Source of the DNA: Eledone cirrhosa
Taxonomy: Eukaryota
DNA length: 64,000 bases
NCBI GenBank assembly: GCA_964016885.1
Contig: OZ024752.1
Coordinates: forward strand, 48,546,001-48,610,000
Direction: 5' to 3'
Part shown: positions 39,969 to 55,430 of the stretch, one piece after another
Layout of the letters: the number at the start of each line of letters is the position of its first letter
How positions within the stretch are numbered: the stretch's first letter is position 1
Position numbers and translations under genes: made by a program
Notes under the pieces: model-generated
Told to the model about the DNA's origin: nothing
The model's database searches: none
Seen by the model: the letters and a program-made list of their open reading frames with translations, nothing else

Positions 39969-40224
39969 TGTCCAGGAAGAAGATGGGGGAACCACTTTCG
40001 AAGTTGCTACCGACATAATGAATCTTGTAATGATGTGTTTCCTGGATAAACAAATTGGTTGAAAGTTGTAATTTTTACCTTAGTTATCATATTCCCACTA
40101 TTGTCTCTCATATATTTTCAAGTTTATGACCCAATCATTTGGAGAAGTAGGGGAGGAGGAGGAGGAGGAGGAAGAGAAGGGGGGTTGAAGAGGAGGAGGG
40201 GAAGAGGCGGATGTGGGGGTGATG

Positions 40225-40270
40225 ATGGACATTTCAACTTTCATTTAATATATACGTGTGTATATGTATA

Positions 40271-40302
<32 letters not shown>

Positions 40303-40340
40303 AGAGTGTGTGTATGTATGCATAAGTATTTGTATGTATA

Positions 40341-40374
<34 letters not shown>

Positions 40375-40532
40375 AGAAGTATGGGTGGAGGGGGGGGGGA
40401 TAGAGGGAGGGGGGAACGGGAAGGAGGGGGGAAGGGGATGGATGTGGTGGACTTTTCAACCTTCATTTAATATATACGTGTGTATATGTATATATATGTG
40501 TGTGTATGTATGCATAAGTATTTGTATGTATA

Positions 40533-40568
<36 letters not shown>

Positions 40569-40750
40569 AGAAGTATGGGTGGAAGTGGGGGGGGCGATAG
40601 GGGGAGGGCGATAGGGGGAGGGGGGTGTAACGGGAAGGAGGGGGAAAGGGATGGATGTGGTGGACTTTTCAACTTTCATTTAATATACGTGTGTATATGT
40701 ATGTGCGTGTGTATGTGTGTGTGTATATGCATAAGTATTTGTATGTATAT
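40225..40750. repeat. ~2.5 tandem copies of a ~215-bp unit with G-rich segments
   Basis: ttcaac(t/c)ttcatttaatata recurs at ~40233, ~40455 and ~40668. Confidence 0.85.
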
Positions 40751-40799
40751 ATGTATATAGCATTGGAGGTGATTTTTGCTTTAGTCTGCTTAATATGTA

Positions 40800-40876
<77 letters not shown>

Positions 40877-41137
40877 AGATATACATACACAATGAATATA
40901 CATGTGAATGTATTTGTATTTGTTACATATATATATATACACACACAGGCATATATGTGTGCATATATATATACACATACATATATATATTATATATTTA
41001 TATATATATATACGTATGTGTGTGAGAATGAATATGTAATTATCTGTGTATATATACATGTGTATGTATGTATACATACATGAATATACATACATATATT
41101 ATATACATATATTATATACAAATATATATATATATGT

Positions 41138-41176
<39 letters not shown>

Positions 41177-41747
41177 CATATATATGTATACAGGGCACTT
41201 CTCTGGTGACACCAAAAATACTAGGTCAGTTTCCTGGTGATTGATATAACAAGTTGTTGCAGTATATACTTAAGGCAGAGTTGACTGTTATTGTCTCCAT
41301 GGCAGTATGGGAGTGCTCTGTACATGATGCTATATTTGATGCTGGGGATTATGTACACTTGGTCATTGAGTCCCCATATGAAGTGGAACAAGGGGGTAGC
41401 ATTGCTGAGATGGAACAACAAATCTAATGATTGTGAAACAAAATTCTGAGTTTAATTCAACCAAACTGCCTCCAAATAAACAGATATACATAAATACATA
41501 TTTATATGCATAAATGGAAATACCCAAATGTCCATTCTTGTTTGTGTATGCATACAAGCACATACACATACACATTCATTCATTCACAGATATGAGAGGA
41601 TCATATATATATATATATAAATTTTTATATATATACATGTGTGTATGCATATAGCATGGAAAATGGACATTAATGATGATATATATATATATATACATAT
41701 ATATATGTATGTATATATGTATGTATATATATATATATATATATATA

Positions 41748-41937
41748 TCATCATCATCATCATCATCATTTTACATCCGCTTTTCCCTGCTTGCAAGGGT
41801 GGGACGGAAACTGATTCTGGCTTGATTTCTAAAGCTGAGTAAACTGGAGCAATTTGAAATAAAGTGTCTTGCTCAAGGAAACAACACATCACCTTTTGAT
41901 TGCAAGGCCAATGCTCTAACCACTAAGCCATGTGCTT

Positions 41938-41941
<4 letters not shown>
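41748..41941 (-). mobile_element. Composite CORE SINE with the 127-bp V module deleted
   Basis: Junction cttgatttctaaagctgagtaaactgg joins the tail directly to the CORE segment. Confidence 0.85.
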
Positions 41942-41995
<54 letters not shown>

Positions 41996-42275
41996 ATGTG
42001 TGTGTGTGTGTGTGTGTAAATATGTAAAATATGATAGCCCTGCAAGAGACATTGAGCTTCAAGCTGAGAGACAATAAGAATGCACTTTAATGAGTTGAAT
42101 TTGTCTCTCAATTTAAGAGTCAATTATTCTCAATTATTCACAAACAAACAGGACTGCAGCATTTTCTTTAGAAATTTTCTGTCATTTATTTTCCTTTGTA
42201 TTTGCATTTTACATACTCAACTCTGACCATCTACATCCACATAAATATGGATGTATACAACAAACACATGCATAT

Positions 42276-42625
42276 AATGCGCTTTGTTGCTGCAGTGGAG
42301 TCTGTGCTGCTGTACGGGTCTGAGACTTGGACACTGACCGAGAAACTCACTCAGATGGTAGATGGGTGCTACACGAGAATGCTGAGGATGGCTCTGAACA
42401 TTAATCAGTATACACTGAGGGTGAAGAACTCAGAGCTGTACGGGAGCCTCCCAATGGTCAGCTCGAAAGTAGCACAGAGGAGACTGAGGTTAGCTGGACA
42501 TGCTCACCGACATCCAGAGTTGACACTGCACTCGGTGCTCCTTTGGGAGCCCCTGCATGGACACACTGGAAGAGGAAGACCGAGGTTGACATATGTTGAT
42601 GCCCTAAGGACAGACACTGGTCTCA
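42276..42625 (+). mobile_element. RTE-type LINE ORF2 C-terminal fragment
   Basis: VESVLLYGSETWTLT...DGCYTRMLRMAL...RRLRLAGHAHRH...LLWEP...GRGRPRLTYVD. Confidence 0.88.
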
Positions 42626-42627
42626 TG

Positions 42628-42918
42628 GAGACGTTCAGATCTAGCTGTTGAAACGGCCAAAGTTCAGCCGTCGGGGTCCTGACTCTTTTCCTATATATAT
42701 ATATATATATATATAGGAACCAGTGAGACCCCGACGGCTGAGCTCAAGCCATTTCGACGGCTAATTCTGGACTTTTAGTCCAGAATTAGCCGTCGAAACG
42801 GCTTGAGCTCAGCCGTCGGGGTCTTACTGGTTCCTATTACCCACTCTACTACCCCAAGTATTGAGTACTTTGGTGCGTTATGGTCCACCTGGTTCCTTAC
42901 CACATTTCCTTCGTTATA
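42628..42918. mobile_element. Family E short elements with HHR 3' half and fold-back (42714-42836)
   Basis: GAAAcggc-ttgagctca-gccgTC-ggggtc; inverted repeat centred at ~42772; arm with gtattgagtac shared with 51544-51683. Confidence 0.7.
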
Positions 42919-42929
42919 TTTATATATAT

Positions 42930-42974
<45 letters not shown>

Positions 42975-43125
42975 TATTAAAATAATAGATTAAAGTTTAA
43001 GCAAAGAATCGCTTAAACTTTAAACTGTTATTTTAATAAATATTTGTCTAGGATTCTTATATATTTTATATATATTTATCCTTATTGAGCTCTCTTTCGA
43101 TTTTCGTCTTCACATTTATTATTAT

Positions 43126-43173
<48 letters not shown>

Positions 43174-43204
43174 AGAACAAAAAATGGTTAAAAGAGTTCC
43201 ATGT

Positions 43205-43274
43205 ATTTTATTATGCGCATTTCAAAAAACAAATATCATCATGCAATAATATTTGTGTTTTCATCAGATAAAAC
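43205..43274 (-). ncRNA. Minimal hammerhead family C, divergent copy
   Basis: gttttat-CTGATGA-aaacacaaatatta...tgatatttgtttttt-GAAA-t-gcgc-ATA-ataaaat. Confidence 0.78.
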
Positions 43275-43343
43275 AGGAAGACATGATATGAAGGTTAAAA
43301 AACGCTTGTGGATAGTGCAGTTTTAAATCAACATATCACCTCC

Positions 43344-43426
<83 letters not shown>

Positions 43427-43604
43427 AAATATAGAGAAAAATACTGCAGGTAGCACATGGATAACATGTAATAAAATGAGCCCCTCATCAGTGATTTGCC
43501 GACGATCATAGATATTTCATTACATTAAAAATCAAAATATATATATATATAAAGGCATGTACCATATTATTATGGGGTTAGTTTTATATATTTTCATTTA
43601 TATA

Positions 43605-43946
43605 ATGGAGGCACATGGCTTAGTGGTTAGAGCATTGGCCTTGCAATCGAAAGGTTGTGAGTTCAATTCTCAGACTGGGTGATGTGTTGTTTCCTTGAGC
43701 AAGACACTTTATTTCACATTGCTCCAGTTTACTCAGCTGTAGAAATGAGATGATAGGGACTGGTCCATATCATTCCACTGCAAAGTGGTCGTGGAGGTGC
43801 CACGGCAAAAAAGCACCCAGCACTCACTGTAAATGAGGTTGGTGTTAGGAAGGGCATCCAGCTGTAGAAATCAAGCCAGAATCAGTTCCCGTCCCACCCT
43901 TGCAAGCAGGGAAAAAGCGGACGTAAAATGAAATGATGATGATGAT
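43605..43946 (+). mobile_element. Full-length composite SINE: tRNA head, CORE-like, V-like, RTE-type tail
   Basis: A-box TGGCTTAGTGG, B-box GAGTTCAATTC; ccttgagcaagacactttatttcacattgctccagtttactcagctgtagaaatg; ggttggtgttaggaagggcatccagctgtagaaa; ggacgtaaaatgaaat(gat)n. Confidence 0.92.
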
Positions 43947-44273
43947 AAATAACAGGTTCCTGATCAAAAGTTCAACCCCCTTCCTTGACACCACCATTCT
44001 TAGTAGAGTGATCTACCACTGTGAGACTCCTGGTGTTAAGAAATGTAACTATTTATACAATAGAGTTCTCTGTAATGTCCTTCTGAATCTTCATCTAATG
44101 TATGTCATCTACAAGGAAACCTTCAGAACAGTGATTAGCTTTAATGAAATAGTGAGACACATCTAGTCTAAAATAGAATATATTATTTTCCTGCTTGCTC
44201 ATTTGCAGCTTCATTTAGGAGTTTATAAACATACATACATATATGTATGTATGTATGTATGTGTGTATATATG

Positions 44274-44307
<34 letters not shown>

Positions 44308-44342
44308 TGTATGTATGTATGTATATATATGCACACAGGCAC

Positions 44343-44378
<36 letters not shown>

Positions 44379-44488
44379 GTATGTATATATATATGCACAC
44401 AGGCACATATATATATATGTATGTATATATGTATGTATGTATGTATGTAAATATATACACACAGGCACACACACACACACACACACAT

Positions 44489-44547
<59 letters not shown>

Positions 44548-44638
44548 TATATATACATATATATGCACACAAGCACGCATATATATATATATATATATGT
44601 AGACATACATACATACTACATATATATGTATACGTATG

Positions 44639-44674
<36 letters not shown>

Positions 44675-44729
44675 TATTGGAGAAGTAGCAATGGTAGCAG
44701 TAATTTAGTGTCAGTCATTGGGTGGATGG

Positions 44730-47700
44730 TAAAGGTGGTGATGACGGTGGTGTTGGTGATGACGGTGGTGTTGGTGGTGTTGGTGGTGATGAAGGTGGTG
44801 GTGATGGTGGTGTTGGTGGTGATGGTGTTGGTGGTGATGGTGGTGTTGGTGGTGAAGGTGGTGTTGGTGGTGATCGCTGTGGTGATGATGCTGGTGGAGG
44901 TGATGATAGTGGTGGTGTTGGTGTAGGAGGTGACGATGATGGTGGTGGTGGTGCTGACGGTGGAAACGTTGTTGTAGGTGGTGGTGGTGTTGGTGGTGGT
45001 GTTAGCAGTGGCAGTAGATGTTGAGGTGCTGACATTGGTACACTCGTTTGTAGTGGTTGTAGTAGTAGTGGTAGTTGTGGTTGTTGTGGTAGTTGTGGTG
45101 GTGATAGTAGTAGTGGTAGTTGTGGTTGTTGTGGTAGTTGTGGTGGTGATAGTAGTAGTGGTAGTTGTGGTAGTTGTGGTAGTTGTGGTGGTGATAGTAG
45201 TAGTGGTAGTTGTGGTTGTTGTGGTGGTGATAGTAGTAGTGGTTGTTGTGGTAGTTGTGGTAGTTGTGGTGGTGATAGTAGTAGTTGTAGTTGTGGTTGT
45301 TGTGGTAGTTGTGGTGGTGATAGTAGTAGTGGTAGTTGTGGTTGTAGTGGTTGTTGTAGTGGTGATAGTAGTAGTGGTAGTTGTGGTTGTTGTGGTAGTT
45401 GTGGTGGTGATAGTAGTAGTGGTAGTTGTGGTTGTTGTGGTAGTTGTGGTAGTGATAGTAGTAGTGGTAGTTGTGATTGTTGTGGTTGTTGTGGTAGTTG
45501 TGGTGGTGATAGTAGTAGTGGTAGTTGTGGTTGTAGTGGTTGTTGTAGTGGTGATAGTAGTTGTGGTAGTTGTGGTGGTGATAGTAGTAGTGGTAGTTGT
45601 GGTTGTCGTGGTAGTTGTGGTGGTGATAGTAGTAGTGGTAGTTGTGGTTGTTGTGGTAGTTGTGGTGGTGATAGTAGTAGTGGTTGTTGTGGTAGTTGTG
45701 GTGGTGATAGTAGTAGTGGTAGTTGTGGTTGTTGTGGTAGTTGTGGTAGTTGTGGTGGTGATAGTAGTAGTGGTAGTTGTGGTAGTTGTGGTGGTGATAG
45801 TAGTAGTAGTAGTTGTGGTTGTTGTGGTAGTTGTGGTGGTGATAGTAGTAGTGGTAGTTGTGGTTGTTGTGGTAGTTGTGGTGGTGATAGTAGTAGTGGT
45901 AGTTGTGGTTGTTGTGGTAGTTGTGGTGGTGATAGTAGTAGTGGTAGTTGTGGTTGTTGTGGTAGTTGTGGTGGTGATAGTAGTAGTGGTAGTTGTGGTT
46001 GTTGTGGTAGTTGTGGTGGTGATAGTAGTAGTGGTAGTTGTGGTTGTTGTGGTAGTTGTGGTGGTGATAGTAGTAGTGGTAGTTGTGGTTGTTGTGGTAG
46101 TTGTGGTGGTGATAGTAGCAGTTGTAGTTGTGGTTGTTGTGGTAGTTGTGGTGGTGATAGTAGTAGTGGTAGTTGTGGTTGTTGTGGTAGTTGTGGTGGT
46201 GGTAGTAGTAGTGGTAGTTGTGGTTGTTGTGGTAGTTGTGGTGGTGATAGTAGCAGTTGTAGTTGTGGTTGTTGTGGTAGTTGTGGTGGTGATAGTAGTA
46301 GTGGTAGTTGTGGTTGTTGTGGTAGTTGTGGTGGTGATAGTAGTAGTGGTAGTTGTGGTTGTTGTGGTAGTTGTGGTGGTGATAGTAGCAGTTGTAGTTG
46401 TGGTTGTTGTGGTAGTTGTGGTGGTGATAGTAGTAGTGGTAGTTGTGGTTGTAGTGGTTGTTGTAGTGGTGATAGTAGTAGTGGTAGTTGTGGTTGTTGT
46501 GGTAGTTGTGGTGGTGATAGTAGTAGTGGTAGTTGTGGTAGTTGTGGTGGTGATAGTAGCAGTTGTAGTTGTGGTTGTTGTGGTAGTTGTGGTGGTGATA
46601 GTAGTAGTGGTAGTTGTGGTTGTTGTGGTAGTTGTGGTGGTGATAGTAGTAGTAGTAGTTGTGGTTGTTGTGGTAGTTGTGGTGGTGATAGTAGTAGTGG
46701 TAGTTGTGGTTGTTGTGGTAGTTGTGGTGGTGATAGTAGTAGTTGTAGTTGTGGTTGTTGTGGTAGTTGTGGTGGTGATAGTAGTAGTTGTAGTTGTGGT
46801 TGTTGTGGTAGTTGTGGTGGTGATAGTAGTAGTGGTAGTTGTGGTTGTAGTGGTTGTTGTAGTGGTGATAGTAGTAGTGGTAGTTGTGGTTGTTGTGGTA
46901 GTTGTGGTGGTGATAGTAGTAGTGGTAGTTGTGGTTGTTGTGGTAGTTGTGGTAGTGATAGTAGTAGTGGTAGTTGTGATTGTTGTGGTAGTTGTGGTAG
47001 TGGTGGTGGTGATAGTAGCAGTGGTAGTTGTGGTTGTTGTGGTAGTTGTGGTGGTGATAGTAGTAGTGGTAGTTGTGGTTGTAGTGGTTGTTGTAGTGGT
47101 GATAGTAGTTGTGGTAGTTGTGGTGGTGATAGTAGTAGTGGTAGTTGTGGTTGTTGTGGTAGTTGTGGTGGTGATAGTAGTAGTGGTAGTTGTGGTTGTT
47201 GTGGTAGTTGTGGTGGTGATAGTAGTAGTGGTTGTTGTGGTAGTTGTGGTGGTGATAGTAGTAGTGGTAGTTGTGGTTGTTGTGGTAGTTGTGGTAGTTG
47301 TGGTGGTGATAGTAGTAGTGGTAGTTGTGGTTGTTGTGGTAGTTGTGGTAGTTGTGGTGGTGATAGTAGTAGTGGTAGTTGTGGTAGTTGTGGTAGTTGT
47401 AGTGGTGATAGTAGTAGTGGTAGTTGTGGTTGTTGTGGTAGTTGTGGTGGTGATAGTAGTAGTGGTAGTTGTGGTTGTTGTGGTAGTTGTGGTGGTGATA
47501 GTAGTAGTGGTAGTTGTGGTTGTTGTGGTAGTTGTGGTAGCTGTGGTGGTGATAGTAGTAGTGGTAGTTGTGGTTGTTGTGGTAATTGTGGTGGTGATAG
47601 TAGTAGTGGTAGTTGTGGTAGTTGTGGTAGTTGTAGTGGTGATAGTAGTAGTGGTAGTTGTGGTTGTTGTGGTAGTTGTGGTGGTGATAGTAGTAGTGGT

Positions 47701-48616
47701 AGTTGTGGTTGTTGTGGTAGTTGTGGTGGTGATAGTAGTAGTGGTAGTTGTGGTTGTTGTGGTAGTTGTGGGTGTGATAGTAGTAGTGGTAGTTGTGGTA
47801 GTTGTGGTAGTTGTGGTGGTGATAGTAGCAGTTGTAGTTGTGGTTGTTGTAGTGGTGATAGTAGTAGTGGTAGTTGTGGTAGTTGTGGTGGTGATAGTAG
47901 TAGTGGTAGTTGTGGTAGTTGTGGTAGTTGTGGTGGTGATAGGAGCAGTGGTAGTAGTGGTTGTTGTAGTGGTGATAGTAGTAGTGGTAGTTGTGGTAGT
48001 TGTGGTGGTGATAGTAGTAGTGGTAGTTGTGGTAGTTGTGGTAGTTGTAGTGGTGATAGTAGTAGTGGTAGTTGTGGTTGTTGTGGTAGTTGTGGTGGTG
48101 ATAGTAGTAGTGGTAGTTGTGGTAGTTGTGGTCATTGTAGTGGTGATAGTAGTAGTGGTAGTTGTGGTAGTTGTGGTGGTGATAGTAGTAGTGGTAGTTG
48201 TGGTTGTTGTGGTAGTTGTGGTGGTGATAGTAGTAGTGGTAGTTGTGGTTGTTGTGGTAGTTGTGGTGGTGATAGTAGCAGTGGTAGTTGTGGTTGTTGT
48301 GGTAGTTGTGGTGGTGATAGGAGCAGTGGTAGTTGTGGTAGTTGTGGTTGTTGTAGTGGTGATAGTAGTAGTGGTAGTTGTGGTAGTTGTGGTGGTGATA
48401 GTAGCAGTGGTAGTTGTGGTAGTTGTGGTAGTTGTAGTGGTGATAGTAGTAGTGGTAGTTGTGGTTGTTGTGGTAGTTGTGGTGGTGATAGTAGTAGTGG
48501 TAGTTGTGGTAGTTGTGGTGGTGATAGTAGCAGTGGTAGTTGTGGTAGTTGTGGTAGTTGTAGTGGTGATAGTAGTAGAGGTAGTTGTGGTTGTTGTGGT
48601 AGTTGTGGTGGTGATA
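44730..48616. repeat. ~3.9-kb (GTN)n trinucleotide satellite with a 45-bp higher-order unit (45050-48616)
   Basis: Unit gatagtagtagtggtagttgtggttgttgtggtagttgtggtggt. Length variants differ in multiples of 3. Confidence 0.95.
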
Positions 48617-48986
48617 GAAACAAGTATTTAAAATCTGATGAGTAAAATAATTGCCATCATTTCTAACATGTCTCGATTGTTTTGTTTTTTTACCACAATT
48701 AAGAATACATCTTATTTTTGACCATGGACTGCCCCCTATCTCTCCCTACCCCTCCCTCTGTCCTCCCCTATCTCTCCCTTCCCCTCCCCTCTCATATCGT
48801 GGAATGTTCCGTGCAATTATTGTCGACTTAATAGGCAATTCAAAACACTGATTAAATTTTCTCTCCTCGTTCTCTGTCTTAGAATTATAGGGAGAAACGG
48901 CTAATAGAAAATGTATATATTTATATATAATGTGAGTATATATATATATATGCATGTGTGTGTGTGTGTGTATGTATCTATGTATC

Positions 48987-49017
<31 letters not shown>

Positions 49018-49180
49018 CCATTTATGTTACCCATATGATATACATAATATACTATCATGCATAATATAATTATATTATAACATATATATATATACATAAA
49101 CATATATATATATATATACATATAAATATATATCTATATATATATACATATAAATATATATATATATACATATAAATATA

Positions 49181-49216
<36 letters not shown>

Positions 49217-50364
49217 GATATATATATATAGAGAGAGAGCAGTATGTAATTTGTGCAAATTTACATATATGTGAATGTGTATGTATATATATCTATGTGG
49301 ATATATATGTATGTGTGTGTGTATATATGTGTATATGTATGTGTATAATTCAATTTGTTTATGTAAATACACACACACATTCTAATGCTTATGTTTAATT
49401 ACATATCCATACACACACACACATATATATATATACACACATATATACACAGGCATTAATATATACATATGTAATTAGATATCTATTTACAAATAAATTA
49501 AAATATATGTATATATATACATATATATAAAACCTACATAAACTATTACAATTAACATCTCCTCCACCACTGCTATTACTACCACCACCACTTCCATTAC
49601 TACTACTACTATTACTACCACCACCACCACTACTATTACTACCACCATTACCACTAATACTACTACCACCACCACTACAACTACTACCACCACCACCACT
49701 ACCACCACCCCCACCACCACCACCACCACCACCACCACCACCACTACCACCACTACTATTAATACCACCATCACTACTACCACTACTAACACCACCACCA
49801 CCACCACCACCAATAATACTACTACTACCACCACCACCACCACCACCACCACCACCACTACTACTATAAGTGTTTGTATTTGCTGTCAAGGTAAATATTA
49901 CCTTTCAATAAGCAACACCATCAATCAAACAAGGAAGATAAAGTTTAACAAATGACACAAGGAGAAGAAAGGGAGAAAGAAAGAAAGAAAGAAAGAAGGC
50001 GACGAAGAAGGCAAAGAAAAAGAAGAAAAAGAAAAAGAAGAAAAAAAGAAAAAGAAAATAAAGAAAAAGAAGAAAAAGAAGAAGAAGAAGAAGAAGAAGA
50101 AGAAGAAGAAGAAGAAGAAGAAAAAGAAAGAAAGAAAGAAAATTCCTTTCACCCTTTCCTTTTTTTTACTTCTTGGTTTAAGCTCAGCTCAGCTCATAGA
50201 TAAAGACAATTTTAAAGACAAATTTGAAGTGATAAATTATGTGTGTTTAATTATATGTTGCAAGTTTCTTTTTAGAGAGATATAAGTTACTTTTAGTTAC
50301 TTTTATTGAAGAATAAAATCTAAAATTTGAGAAAAAAATTTTATGATGGTTAATTTAGTATAGT

Positions 50365-50454
<90 letters not shown>

Positions 50455-50942
50455 TGTGTGTGTGCGTGTGTGCGTGTGTGCGTGTGGAAAAGTAATAACA
50501 AAAATAACAAAACAAATGGCACAGTACATGGTAGAAATATATTAGTTTAATGCTTGAAATAGCAGGGAGAGAGTCTTAACATTTCAGACACTAGTCCTTC
50601 ATCAGGAGATAGAGTGAAAAAGTATATAAATAAACCCCTAGAACTAATGGGGTGGAAACAGAAATACTTTGCTTAAACTTTTATTTGTACTAATAATATA
50701 TATACATATATATATATATACATATATATATTATTATATATGTGCATATATATATTATTATTATATATATATACATACATGATGGCTGCAAACTCTGCTA
50801 AGAGTATTGCAATCACTCGTTAGATTACAGAAAATGGTGTACCTTTAGGCTACAGTTAGCCACATGAACCTGTAACAGATCTTGAACAAGCAATGCCTGT
50901 GCTTTGAAGGTTTTTTTAAGTGGGGAAAGGCCTTGCACTCAA

Positions 50943-51530
<588 letters not shown>

Positions 51531-51543
51531 ATATATATATATA

Positions 51544-51679
51544 TAGGAACCAGTAAGACCCCCGACGGCTGAGCTCAGCCGTCGGGGTCTTACTGGTTCC
51601 TATTACCCACTCTACTACCCTAAGTATTGAGTACTTTGGTGCGTTATGGTCCACCTGGTTCCTTACCACATTTCCTTCG

Positions 51680-51683
<4 letters not shown>
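51544..51683. mobile_element. Family E element with perfect palindrome centred on GAGCTC
   Basis: taggaaccagtaagaccccgacggctgag|ctcagccgtcggggtcttactggttccta. Confidence 0.8.
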
Positions 51684-51731
<48 letters not shown>

Positions 51732-52145
51732 ATATATAGATACATATATATATGTGTGTGTGTGTGTATATATATATATACAAACATACATATATATACA
51801 TACTTACATATACATACACAAAAACATCACACAGTACAATATCAAACATAAGTGGTAAAAATGATAATTTGGAAAATGTTCTTTTCTTTTAGTCTCTTTT
51901 ATGAAATGAATTCAAATTTGAAATCTTTGAATTGATAATATAAACAATACCAATGATTCTTCTTCTATTTGTGTGAGTGTTGTTGTTATTGTAGTTGTTG
52001 TAGTTGTTGTGGGCGGGGGGGGGGGGGGGGGCTGTTATTGTTGTTGTTGTTCTCATTAATATTGTCTTAGCTTGTTTTTTATGTATCTGTTAAGTTGTTA
52101 GAATCTGAAAAACCTATATATATATATATGTATACACTCACACAC

Positions 52146-52182
<37 letters not shown>

Positions 52183-52329
52183 CACTCACATATATATATA
52201 TATACACACAAACACACATATATATATATACACACAAACACACATATATATATATATATACACACACAAACACACAAATATATATACATATATATATATA
52301 TACACACACAAACACACAAATATATATAC

Positions 52330-52402
<73 letters not shown>

Positions 52403-52403
52403 C

Positions 52404-52444
<41 letters not shown>

Positions 52445-52699
52445 AAGAGATTAAAAATGAGGGAGAGAGAAAGGAAAAGGAGAGGATGGTTTTAAATAAA
52501 AAAGAAACATCAAAACGGCAGCTGTTGTTGTAGTTGTTGTTGTCAGTAATTTCATCTTAGTTATATTAATGTATGTTAAGTTTAAGTTGTAAGAAACTGA
52601 AAAAATGATACACTTGACATACATACATACACACACATCCATACACACACACATATATATCCACATACATACACATACTCATGTACATATGTATATACA

Positions 52700-52744
<45 letters not shown>

Positions 52745-52848
52745 TGTATATCTACCTCGTACATACATACAAAACCACATACATACTTCTACACACACAT
52801 AAATATATGCACACTTACACTCATACTTACATACGCCGAATACATATG

Positions 52849-52880
<32 letters not shown>

Positions 52881-53219
52881 TATATACTCATACATACACA
52901 TATAAAAATTGCATAGACATTAAAAATATGAATGAAACATCAAAACATATAGAAATAACAATTTAATTATGTCTCCTCCTAACCAACCACCACCACCGCG
53001 ATAATATCATTGCTATGACCATTACTACAACCATCACCATCCCCACATCTATCATAATTATTATCTCTACTACAACACCATCATCAAAACCATCCTGTAT
53101 CTATACTATCTTCACTACTATCACTACTATCACCGACATCAACAAACAACGCTACACTACAGCTACCACCAACATTTGAACAAACACCAATGACCACAAA
53201 CACAACAACTACAATACCA

Positions 53220-53735
53220 CGACCACTCACTAACACTACTACCACCAATGACCATAAACTTAATAACAACCACCAATGCCACTACTCACTACTACCAATG
53301 ACCACAAACTATATAACCACCAATACCACCACTCACTACTACCAATGACCACAAACTTAATAACAACCACCAATACCACCACTCACTACTACCAATGACC
53401 ACAAACTTAATAACGACCACCAATGCCACCACTCACTACTACCAATGACCACAAACTTAATAACAACCACCAATACCACCACTCACTAGTACCAATGACC
53501 ACAAACTTAATAACAACCACCAATACCACCACTCACTACTACCAATACCACAAAATATATAACCACCAATACCACCACTCACTACTACCAATCACCACAA
53601 ACTTAATAAAAACCACCAATGCCACCACTCACTACTACCAATGACCACAAACTTTATAACCACCAATGCCACTACTCGCTACTACCAATGACCACAAACT
53701 AAATAACCACCAACGCCACCACTCACTACTACTAC
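53220..53735. repeat. 50-bp minisatellite, ~10 copies
   Basis: caataccaccactcactactaccaatgaccacaaacttaataacaaccac at 53371, 53421, 53471 and 53521. Confidence 0.92.
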
Positions 53736-54418
53736 CACCATCACCACCACTAACAGCAACAACAACCATTACCATCCACACATCAACTGAAAACTTCAAC
53801 AATTAAACATTAATTGTTGTTGCCTTTTTAGCTCCATCATATGTAAGTGTTGGTCGTGTTGGTGGGGATGGTGTTGGTGGTGTTGTTGTTGCTGTTGGTG
53901 GTCGTGGTGATGATGATGGTGGTGTTGGTGGTAGTGGTGGTGGTGATGGTGTTGGTGGTGGAGGTGGAGAAGAAGGAATAATAATAATAATAATAATAAA
54001 AAGAAGAAGAAGGCAAAGAAAAAGAAGAAGAAGAAGAAGAAGAAGAAGAAGAAGAAGAAGAAGAAGAAGAAGAAGAAGAAGAAGAAGAAGAAGAAGAAGA
54101 AAACGGAGAAGGCAAATATTATAAGGTGATGACAATGACATTAATGATGACTATGACAATGACAATGATGATGAAGATGATGATGATGGCAATCATGGTG
54201 ATGATGATGATGAAACAACAAAGAGAAAAAGAGAAAAGCTTGCCACATTATTTATTATTGTAACATAATTATCGGCAATCATCATTTCAGTTGCTTGACT
54301 TAATTGATTTAATAAGCTGTTTGTGTGTATTTGTCAGTGTGCGTGAGTGTCTGTATGTGTGTGTGTGTGAGTGTATGAGCTTCTTTAGGTATGTTTGTGT
54401 ATATATAGATATACATAC

Positions 54419-54483
<65 letters not shown>

Positions 54484-54583
54484 AACTTGTCTGAAAAGGA
54501 AATCATCAATTCAAAAAGAACTCATACATATGCAAAAGTTTACTTCACGATCAAGTGTTGGGTTGATTGCATATATATAATAT

Positions 54584-54615
<32 letters not shown>

Positions 54616-54641
54616 ATTATATATATTATATATATATATAT

Positions 54642-54673
<32 letters not shown>

Positions 54674-55059
54674 AATATATATTATATATATTATATACCT
54701 ATATATTATATGCTTATATATCTATACACACATATATGTGTATGTATATACACATATACATACACACACACATAGCCATATATAATAGGTAACGGATTGA
54801 AATCTTCCACGTTTTTAGCCATAAAACTGTGAACCGTTTGCAAATTAATCCCCTTACTTACCAGACTTAAATATATAATGAGTAGAAATCTTATTTAAAT
54901 TTCTTTTATTTCTGCACATATATGTAAACAGAATATAAATTGTCTTTGTCAGCCATTTTCTTTTTTGGTGTCTTTAATTTTAAAACATTTTACTGAAAAT
55001 TTACTGTTGTAAAAAAAAAAGAGAGAGTAAATCTTTTTGTATATATCTATCTACCAATT

Positions 55060-55430
<371 letters not shown>

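Noticed and set aside
40380-40660. G-quadruplex-forming tracts as regulatory elements
   Set aside because: They lie within low-complexity tandem duplicates, and nothing supports a function.
41190-41430. Unique segment reading LFHFIWG (-) or MAVWECSVHD (+)
   Set aside because: Short, with no convincing splice pair or recognisable domain; perhaps a decayed LINE.
43441-43500. Minus-strand CTGATGAgggg
   Set aside because: No downstream GAAA or cleavage site before the TA tract; possibly a truncated element, but unsupported.
43605-43680. tRNA gene
   Set aside because: A and B boxes are present, but no acceptor stem closes and the sequence runs into a multi-copy SINE body.
43950-44170. Possible decayed CR1-like 3' coding end on the minus strand
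   Set aside because: The similarity is too faint to support by eye.
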